Source: Salpingoeca rosetta (taxonomy: Eukaryota; Protista; Choanoflagellata). Taken from it: a stretch of 64,000 nt of DNA. The stretch is from contig JAWQFM010000008.1 of the NCBI GenBank assembly GCA_033442325.1, forward strand, positions 62,001 to 126,000, written 5' to 3'. The notes under the pieces are model-generated. The model had not been told where the DNA came from. It did no database searches and worked only from the letters and a program-made list of their open reading frames with translations. Made by a program: the position numbers and the translations under genes. This document shows, one piece after another, positions 52,486 through 64,000 of the stretch (positions are counted from its first letter, which is position 1; each line of letters starts with the position of its first letter).

Positions 52486-53294
52486 GAGCATATGAGATGG
52501 AGCAGTTGCACACCATCGCAATCACATGAAATTCAGCATGTAGCAACAACGATGCAACCGCAGCAGACACACGAACGTACAGCGGTTCGTGCACGCGCGC
52601 AGGCAACCAACACTGCCCTGCCCTGCCCCTCTGCCGCTCACCGTTGAGGCCCTCGATGTTGCCGACGAAGACGGTGTTGGCGTCGAGGCCACGGCGCTCG
52701 CGCGGGCGCTTCGGGGCGGCCTGCTCGCGGCGGGCAGGGGCACCGGTGCCCTCCACGGCGGCGGCGTTGCGCGGGCGGCGGATGTTGACGTAGGGGCGCA
52801 CGTGGATGGGGCCCGCGCCGTCGGAGAGGACAAGGCCGTCCTTGCTGAGGGCGGCTGCGGCGGCATCGGGCGACTCGTACGTGATGAACGCGGCACGGCG
52901 GCTGCGGCGGATGAAGCGAGAAATGGGGCCGGCCTCGCCCATCACAGCCTTCAGCTCCTCATCTGCAAATTCGTGGTGGTGGTGTTAGCATGTGTGGGTA
53001 ATGGCCTTTGGGAGAAGCAGAACGTGCAAAAAACAGCCTTGGGAGGTCATGGCGAGGGAGCAACATGAGTACAGCCTACCCAGCCACACACCACAGCCTT
53101 CCAAGCAACATTTCACTCCACTCCACATCACCACACGGTGGTGAGTGCGCCATGCACGTACCCTGGACATCAGGCGGGCCTGTGACGGCAACCCTGACGG
53201 GGTCTGGGTCGCCCTCCAGGATCGGCGCCTGGCGGATGATGGGGCGGTGCGGCTCAACACGCAGCGACGTGCCTGCACACGCGCATGGCAACGC

Positions 53295-53325
<31 letters not shown>

Positions 53326-55024
53326 ACACAGCGAACAAGCAAACATGACGACATGTACCAAACAGTCGTGAGCAGGAAGCATGCTCAAGAAAAAAGCAAC
53401 AAAGAAAGAAAGCCGCAGCATTTTCGGTGCAGCCAGCAGGCAAGGCATGTGTGTGTGTCTTGTGCGTGTGTATGCATGTGCATGCGCGGGAGGTGGCCGA
53501 TGCTCAGTTCAACACGGGAGCTGGCAGATATAAAGGTGCCCACCGTCGCCAAGCTGGTAGCCGTTCTGGTTGAGGGCACTGGCGGCATCGGCCTCGTTGG
53601 CGAAGCGAACAAACGCATAGCGGCCGTGGGAGCTGCGGTTCAGCTCCTCAATCGAGCCCCCGAGGATGGCACGAACATCGTCGTCTAAAAAGCGGCGCCC
53701 AGCGCAATGGTGGTTGGGATATGAGTGGGATATGAGGGGTTGGGCCACACACAACGCGAGTCCGTGTGCGTGAGAAGGTGGCCACAAATGTAGGTGCACA
53801 CAAGTGTGTGGTGCGGATGTTTGGGTGGGTACTTTGTGCGCGCGTGTGCATGGGTGTAAGCTAACTCAACCCTAACGGCCACCACTGACCAGAGAGGGTG
53901 CTGATGTTGGCGACGTAGACGAGAGTGGGCTCGCCCTCACCGCGGGGAAGCTCCTCACGCTGCCTACAACATTGTCCAACACCACCCACAACAAATGAGC
54001 ACAGGCATCAACAAAAATACGGCATTGAGGACGCAGTAAGCACGCAAGGTGGTGCCCAGCACGCGTGTGCGGCTCAATGACTCGCCGCGAGGAAACCGCC
54101 CAAATCAATCACCTCGCTTGGTGGATTGGTGCATCGTGCGGCACCCGACCCCTTACCCCTACTCTCCCTCCATCCCTCGTCGCAAAGTTGACAACAGGGC
54201 GGTGGTTGCTTACGGGGGCAGGCGCTTGAAGGCGACGGAGGTGTCCTCGCCAAACTGCAGGGCGTTCACGGCGGCGGTGGCAGCGGCCTCCTCGGCAAAC
54301 TCAACCTCATACAGGAAGCGGTCGTTCCTGACAAATGGAGATGGATATGGACACGAGTATGTGTATGTGTGTGTGTATGTATGCGCATGTTTGTGTGGGT
54401 ATATGTGCATGTGGGTATATGTGCATGTGGGTGTGGGTGTATGTGTATGTGTGCGTGAATGAGTAAGGGCGCACGCGCAATGTTGGGTGGTGTATGGCAG
54501 CGCATCCACACCGTGTTGGGTGGGTGGCTTGCTTCAATGCTCCAGCTGTCCGCACAACGATGACAATGTCAAACTGTGATTCGCGAGCAAGACGAAAGCT
54601 GGTGGGTACCTGGTGGTGCGGCAGTCGGCGCTGGTCACCTCGCCAAACTCCGCGGCCTTGTTGCGGATGTTATCGAGCTGGTCATCGGAAGGGATGCCGA
54701 GCACGACAACAACCTGCATCATAAGAGGGGGAGGGGAGGAGTAAGAGCAGGAGGAGGAGACAGCGATGAGTCTGACATCTCGAGAACAAATGCAAGCAGG
54801 GCAGTGCAAATCGGTGCACAAACACACACACACACACACACACACACAGAGGCAGCGACGCAAGCACGCAACGAGGCTAAGGTGGTGTCACCACATGAAC
54901 GCACGTTCTTGGAGTAGGTGGGAGCGGGGCGGCGTCCACGACCACGACCACGGCCACGACCACGGCCGCGTGGGCGGCGGGGGGCACGGCCGCGCCTCTG
55001 TGGCAGTTCCTCAGTCTCAACCAT
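51317..55024 (-). CDS. RNA-binding protein with N-terminal RG repeats and five RRM domains
   Basis: Begins MVETEELPQRRGRAPRRPRGRGRGRGRGRG. RNP2/RNP1 pairs: VVVLGI/YEVEF, VYVANI/YAFVRF, VAVTGP/AAFITY, VFVGNI/FALVTF, VFIANY/SAFMNF. Ends LRIEFARA* at 51317. Exons join in frame through GT-AG introns. Confidence 0.88.
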
Positions 55025-56030
55025 GCTGGTGGGTTGTGTGGGTGTTTCGTTGACCACGACGGGAGACGAGGTGCGGGTGTTGTTGGGGGATGGGGAAAGA
55101 GCGGGAGAACGGGATCCGGCTGTCAGCAAAAAAAAAAGAGCAGATCAAAAGAAAGATAAAAGAAACACAGGAGAGGAGTGAGGAGAGGCGATAGAAGCAC
55201 GTGAATGGGTCGTAATACCGTGTGAGTGAGTGACGCGCTGAGCGTGAGGGACTTGCTGCGTGTGCGATTGTGATGGAATCTGTGGACACTCGTGTAACAC
55301 TTCTTCTGGGGCAAGGCGGAATGCCATGCAAGACGAAGAAGCCAGGGTTCCTCACACGAGCACACGCACACGCACAAGCCAAGGAATCGAAAAAAGATTG
55401 TCGCGCATGCGAAGCCACCCACACCCAAGCCAAGCGCACAAAGACCACGCGGTCCACAGCGTCAGACTGACCGCAAACCAACACAGGAACCACCACAAGC
55501 ACCCCATATCCACCACTGTGGCTTGCAGTGGCACCAACGTGCGCTCTTTCATCGTGCGTGCGATGTTGCAGCAAGAACACACCTGAAGAATTCTTTCGTG
55601 AAAATGCGAAAAATATCTGCACACTTTACACAGATTGCGCTGTTGTGCTTGTGCTTGTGTGTGTGTGTGCTTGTGTGTGCTTGGGCGTGTGTGTGTGTGC
55701 TTGTGTGTGTGTGTGTGCAGACCACAGCGAGCAAAGAGCCACAGGGAAGAAGCAGTTCGCGTTGTGTGTATCGTTCTTGTGTTGTGATAACAGAGCAGTG
55801 GACGGCAGACATAATGTAACATAACAAAGTCAGAACAACCGAATCGAAAGTGAAAGTGACATGTCACAAACGCAAACCAACTGCAAACGTGCACGCGAGG
55901 TGGCGAAAGCATAATGCGGGATGATGAGCACGTTCAGCGAAACGTAACAGGTCTGCTGAGCACAACGCGAAAGAGAGAAATTAACAAAACAGTGAGCGAG
56001 TGTGTGTGTGTGTGTGTGTGGCCGTCAGTG

Positions 56031-58198
<2,168 letters not shown>

Positions 58199-58236
58199 AT
58201 TGGGGGTTGTTGTTTTTATGCTGTCGCAAACCAGAG

Positions 58237-59075
58237 ATGCGCCGAACGCCGTCGTGGATGCTGCTGCTTGTTGTCGTGGGCGCATTCATTGTCTCTCCTC
58301 GACCCATTGGTGCAACGACCGACACTCATCATCACGCTGGTGAAGAGGAAGCGCACGAAGCTCGTGGAGGCAACGCCATCATGGCAGACACACACCTTCT
58401 CTCCGTCCAATACTGGTACAGGCCCGCCATGCTGTGGTGCTGCTGCTGTTTGTGCGATGGTGGTGGGTGGTGTTGGTGCTGCAGCTGATATTAGGACAGC
58501 ACATGATGTGATCACGCTTCCGCACCCCCATCACACATCCTGCCCATAACCTTGCCTCACATGTGTCTCCTCCACCACCTTTGGCCCCCTCCCGCTCTGT
58601 TCACTTTTTCACAAACACAGTGTTAGCTGAGGCTACCAGAATGCGTTCCAGCAACTGGAACACCGTCTTCAAGTGAGTGAACTAGTGTATGGCCTCTTTT
58701 CTTGTCGTCCACAGTCTCTGCTGCCATTGTTGTTGCTTCTGGCTCAGTCCGCCATCTCATCTTTGCTTCGCACTCTCCACCGATGCCCATCTTTGACGCC
58801 CACATGTTTCCTGACCCTTACCAATCCTCTCTGCAATGCTGCAACGAGCAGACCATCTACCCTGATCTGGTGATCAAGGGCGAGAACTACATTCCAAATC
58901 CAAACGTGCTGACCATTGCCAGCATCATCGACCTGATCAGCTGGACCATCATCCTCCTCATGCTCTTTGGGGACTACATCTTCAATGCCTTGGGCATTGC
59001 ACCTCCGAACCTCTACCTCCAGGCAAAAGAAAACTCGGTCAGTTGACGCGGTGTGCACGATATGCACGGTGCCAC

Positions 59076-59118
<43 letters not shown>

Positions 59119-59891
59119 GGTGTGTGTGTGTGTCGGTGTGTGTGTGTGTCGGTGTGTGTGTCGGTGTGTTTGTGCGTGTGTGCGTGCTTTTTTTTTTGTG
59201 TTTGTGTGTGTGTGCGCACGGTGCCGTTTGTGTGCGTGTGTGTGTGTGTGTATTCATGACGTCTGCACTAGCGGTTTTACTCTGTTCAAATGCACGTGCA
59301 CACACAGCTCTCCTTACCCACTGCTGTTACTCATAAACGGTGTCTTCGAATGCCCCACCCTGCTTGGACCTGCTATCTCGTGGTCCTTACACAGATGCTC
59401 GTCATTGTGATGACATTCTTCCTCTCCAACACCATCAAGCAAAACCTCCTCTCCACTGGCGCCTTTGAGATTGCACTCGACGGTGTGTGTGCATATCATA
59501 CCTGTGTGCGCGCGCGTGTGTGTGAATGAGTGTGAGAGTGTATTTATTTGCATATGTGTGAATGTGTGTGTGTGTGTGTGTCAATGAGTGTGAGTGTGTG
59601 TTAATTTGCGAATGTGTCAATGTATGAATGCTCGACTTCCCACCCGCTGTCTTTGTTCTCCAGAGTTGCGTCCATGTCACCCAGTCACACAAGCAGACAC
59701 AAACATGGTTCTTCTCTGCCTTCTCATCATCTTCCTCTCCCGCGATGCACACGGCACCACATCGACCTTCCCCGCCATCCCTGCCATACTTGCTTCCCCA
59801 AGGCGACCTTCTCTTCTCCAAGTTGGAGACAGGTCGTATGCCCGCGTGGCCAGAGCTCATGCGCACTCTCGACGTCAAGCTCAGAACTTGA
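58237..59891 (+). CDS. SELENOT: Selenoprotein T (thioredoxin-like Rdx family), 5 exons, in-frame UGA (Sec) at 58628-58630
   Basis: Exons 58237-58415, 58621-58672, 58852-59037, 59395-59482 and 59803-59891 total 594 nt, 197 aa. Protein: signal peptide [26 protein letters not shown]...QYC|VSUGYQNAF...|[13 protein letters not shown]...|...[11 protein letters not shown]|[31 protein letters not shown] and SKLETGRMP are SelT hallmarks. Confidence 0.95.
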
Positions 59892-61087
59892 TGCCGCGCT
59901 ATCGTGTGTATCTGTGTGTGTGTGAGTGTCTGTGTGTCTGTGTCTGTGTGTCTGTCGTTTTGCCTGTGTATGTGTGGTCTGTCTGCCTGTCTGTGTCTCC
60001 CTTGCATTTGTTGTCTCCCTTAGGTCTACACTGCAATGCATGCGGGATGTTTGAACATGTGCATTTAACGTGTCATGTCAAGCGTTCTGTGTCTGCAGGC
60101 CAACCCGCCACAGGCCGTGCACTGCTTAGTGTTGCTTGATGCACACGACCGGGAGGCGAGACAGGCATGTGTGTGAAGTGGTTGTCAGCGTTGTGATCCA
60201 CAGCTACCTCAATTGTCGTCCTGACAACGGTGCTTCGTGGTGATGGTGAGGGTCTTGGGTGTGCATTCACTCGCCTCGTTGCGTATTTTGAAGACGGCGC
60301 AACGAGCATGTGATTGCGTCACCCCCTCATGCTGACACCTCTTCGCCCTTGTGCCTTCTCTCCACTCCTGTTCTTGTCGCTTCTATTGCGCACCTGCTTC
60401 TCGCACCCCGGCTTGTGTCTGCGTGTGTGTGTGCATGTTGTGGTGTCGACTCTGATCAGTACACGGTTCAAAGAGAAGCCACTGCGCACACTTTACGTGC
60501 CACAAAAGGGAAAGCATACAGTTCCCAGCACACACACACACGCACACACACATACAGTTGCTTGGCACATCCTCAATCGTTCACCGTGCAAGTCTCGAGA
60601 ACATTTAATAGTGCCGTGTCACGTCATGTGGGAACAAGAGGATCAACCATTGGTTGTGTAAAACCATGTGTAACAAACACATGCTTCATCCAAAAGCAAG
60701 GTCACAGCGCACAGGATCGCGCGTTGCGCAGTCAAGCAGAACACAGCACACTCAGCAACAGTCGCGTACATCGGTGAAAGCATTGTCAGAAGAGAACACA
60801 GTAGTCTATCATAGCATAGGCATCACACACTGCGTGGCAGCAACAAGCAAGCAAGCAGAAACCAATTGGCGGCGCCCCTCCATGGCAGTATGGGAGGGAA
60901 CATGGAACAATGCATGATAGTATGAGAGGTGCACGCCAATCTCACTCAAAGGCGAATGTTGAAACACGTCGCATTCCGTCTGTTAAGAAGGATTAAGGAG
61001 AGAGCCCCGATGAGGTGCAGGCGTCTCAGTGGTAACAGACTCGCCGCGACAGACTGGCACGATGGCACACACACGTAAGGTGTGGCT

Positions 61088-61088
<1 letters not shown>

Positions 61089-61136
<48 letters not shown>

Positions 61137-61140
61137 CGAT
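61089..61140. repeat. (GAT)n trinucleotide microsatellite
   Basis: About 17 gat units. Confidence 0.9.
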
Positions 61141-61176
61141 GGTGGTGCTGGCAGGGTAAAGGTGTGCAGTGTCCTG

Positions 61177-63368
61177 TTATTCCTCATCTTCGTCATCACG
61201 CTGACGCTCCTTATCGACGCTGGCCGTGATGACTGCAATGATGAGACAGATGATCAAACAGGCGCAAGGAATGTACAGAGGAAGGGAGACGCAAAAGAAC
61301 AACCAAACAACACGCGTACAGCTTGTGAGGACACGCACACTTGATGCAACATGTACAGCAGCAAGGCAATGCGTGCGTGTGCTGTGCGTGTGCTGTGCGT
61401 GTGTGTCTGTGTCAACGGTGTCACATGACGCTCCAACACAGGGAGCCGTATGCACTCTGGGCATCATGTTTGAGACGAGGAAGAACAGAAGAACCATTGT
61501 TTGCGAGCAAGCCTGCAAGCAGTCGGTCTCAACGAACTCACGTGAGGCCACAAGGTCGGGGACTGCGCGGCAGATGGCAATGCTGCGGCAGCGAGTGCAC
61601 TTCTGGCCTGCCAAGGTCGAACAACACACGCACAAAACACGAAAAAGCAAAATTATTATAATGTTCATGTTGAGGACAAGAGTGATGGCGCCAGAGTCGT
61701 GACATGTAACCTTGGGGAAAAAACTTCCATGACAACACATCACGCCTGGTCCTCTTCATGAACGTGGGTTTTGTTCAGTGCTTGTTCATGATGGGATGGA
61801 GTGTTGGAGCGGTACGGCAACGATGTCCAGGAGTCAACGTACCACGGGGAAGAGATGGGTGGTAGTGCACTGGGGTGCAGGCGAACCCATTCTTGCATCC
61901 GCGTGGCATCACGTGCAGCGCTGTTGGAGAAGTGGTGCACCGTGCACATGACTTGAGTGGCTCTCCACAAAAGTGTTAACACACACATGCATCCATGCAT
62001 GCAAGTACACCACACATACACACACACACACACGCACAGACGAGACGCACGCCAATATGCACACACACACACACACACATGCACGCAAAACCCTAAACAC
62101 ACACACACACACACACACACGCTACACATACACACGTGTCCGTCTGAAATACATACCTGTGGTAAAGGCGGCAACGGTGGCTCTGTTTGGATCTGTGGCC
62201 ATGGCACGATCAAACTTGATCCACTTGCCAATGTCGTTGTAAATGCTGCAGTAGCACACACCACAAATGCTGCGTGCACAACACAGAGGACACACACCAG
62301 TGATGTACACGACGAGACACAACAAGCAAACAAGGGTCCGTCATTGAGTCATGGTACCACCTATCCATCTGCTCCACCAACCTTAACAGCACAACCACAA
62401 GCCAACAATATCATGTGGACCCCACTTCCTTCTCCACGTATGACGTCACAGTGAAAACTCCCACAAACCCAAGGGAGGGCAGCACACCAGCAGCAAACTC
62501 AAAGGCACACTGCAAACCAAACCACGCGTACTTTGTGTGCGATTCCCGGCCGGGGCCGTGGCAGACGGGACACATGGGCCGCTGTGCCCCCGTGGTCGCG
62601 GTGGCGGCTGTTGCTGTGGCGGTGGTAATTGGCACGGTGCCCACAGGGCCTTGAAGTTGGGCCAGCGCAGTGGAGGATGCAGTGGGGGTGCTCAGGCTTG
62701 CAATGTATGCTTGCAGCTGTAGGTCGGCAGGGAGGCTCGTGATGCTCAATGCATGGGCAGTATCGGAGGAGGTAGGTGCGGTGTTGCTGCTGCTGCTGCC
62801 GTGTGCACCGTTGTTGGCAGCAGAGGTCGCCGCAGCAGAGGTGGAAGTGAAGGTGGGGGTGGAAGCAGCGTAGCTGTACATGCTCCCTGTGCCAGAACTC
62901 ATCTCAGAGCGGACATCCCCGGCCTTCCACCGCTTGGTGGCAGGCGGGCCATCACCAGGCATGTAGGTGGTGTTTGTGTTGGTGCCGAGAGCAAGTGGCT
63001 GCAGCCCAGGCGCTGATGCCACAGACCAGTTGCGCGATGACGAAGAGGAGGACGAGGACGAAGACGGAGGGAATGATGATGTACTAGAGGCTGTGGGCTG
63101 CTGCGGTATTGTAGAAAGCGGAAGCGGAGTCAATGACAGCGAGGCAGCAGACGGCAGGGACGCCCCAAACGACTGCTGCTGTTGAGTTGTTGGTGGGGTC
63201 GCACTGCCGGTGTCGCTGGTCGCTGCAGTCGAAGGGGTGGCCTGGAAGAGGGCTTGTTGAAGGAGTGCCGTGTACAGCAGCGTGTCTGTGTCCATACCAC
63301 CACCCTGCATGCTTGCGTTAGCACTGGCGGCAACCAAGGCCGTGCGGATCAGCTCCAACTGCTGCGTG

Positions 63369-63405
<37 letters not shown>

Positions 63406-63979
63406 GCTGCTGCTGCTGCTGCGTCTGCGGCAGTAGGATCTGCCTGGCCTGGATGTCGGTAGCGCGCGGTGCCGTGCCCTGAAGCGGAGAAAGGACCTGG
63501 CTCATGAGAGTCACCGGAACGGATGACGGGTCCCGCGTGAACGCAGCGATGGCTGCTGTCGAAGGTGGCGACGTTTGACGGCGCTTGGAATGCACTGCAT
63601 GTGCTGTTGTGAGCGGCTCAGCATCGTCGAATGGGCTCTGGCCGTCACTGCTCATGCTGAACCGCCATTCGTCCTGCTGCTGCTGCTCGACTTGTTGTTG
63701 ATCATGGAGTGGTGGCTGAAACCCATGCTGTGCAAACCTGACGATGACCTGGGCAGCCTTCACAACGAGCTTGTGATGATGGTCCGTTGGAGGCAGCTTT
63801 CCGCATACATACGCGTCCACGACGCGGCCTGCGACGCGCAGCGAGTGCAGGGCATCACTGCTGGGCCGCGGGATGGCTCGTGGTGCCGGGGTCGAGGCAG
63901 GTGAAGGCGACTGTTGTTGTTGTTGTTGCTGTTGGATGGCAAACGTGTGTTCCTCGTCCTCCTTTTGTTCTTCTTCGTC
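61177..63979 (-). CDS. Partial gene (5' end outside the window): low-complexity Q/S/T/A-rich protein with a CxxC-H motif; downstream exons uncertain
   Basis: Acceptor ttgcag| at 63980. Long exon to about 62532 ending MCPVCHGPGRESHT. Next in-frame exon IYNDIGKWIKFDRAMATDPNRATVAAFTT at about 62246-62157. Possible terminal exon ...VDKERQRDDEDEE* ending at 61177. Confidence 0.5.
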
Positions 63980-64000
63980 CTGCAAACGGCGGGCGCCACG

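Noticed and set aside
60147-60215. Resemblance to the SRP RNA Alu domain (gaccggg...tgtgatccacagctac)
   Set aside because: No SRP helix 8 (GNRA/SRP54-binding) motif or Pol III terminator is visible, and the similarity is too short.
60921-60963. ATGA-N12-AA...TGAA SECIS-like spacing
   Set aside because: Helix II pairs poorly (only cgcc/ggcg) and the site is about 1 kb from the SelT stop; not supported.

Overview
This is intron-rich eukaryotic DNA with GC-rich exons, short GT-AG introns packed with (CA/GT)n and (ACTC)n microsatellites, frequent poly-Q/poly-N runs and four assembly gaps. The style and gene content suggest a choanoflagellate such as Salpingoeca rosetta; that is inference, not a database match. 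Most ORFs in the supplied track are microsatellite artefacts, so I rebuilt genes by hand-splicing. About 13 genes are supported: (1) a type I membrane protein with about 15 EGF repeats, an N-terminal region resembling fungal DUF7029/DUF7223 proteins and a C-terminal PDZ-ligand-like motif; (2) a coiled-coil plus helical-repeat protein; (3) an XRCC2-like RAD51 paralog with a degenerate Walker A; (4) POLR3C/RPC62; (5) an intronless Tyr/Thr/Pro-repeat mucin-like membrane protein; (6) a long single-pass protein with Cys clusters and PY-like motifs; (7) EMG1/NEP1; (8) an intronless type II DxD glycosyltransferase; (9) a kinase-less myosin-III-like motor with a ~300-aa charged helical tail and a PH domain; (10) a five-RRM RNA-binding protein; (11) a Pro/Lys-rich disordered protein with LF-acidic motifs; (12) selenoprotein T with an in-frame UGA (CVSU), invisible to the ORF track; (13) a partial low-complexity gene at the right edge. 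The most notable points are the hidden selenoprotein (no canonical SECIS found by eye; its start codon is 38 nt from, or overlaps, the opposite-strand gene), introns with complementary GU/CA repeats and no polypyrimidine tract, and several unusual cell-surface protein architectures.
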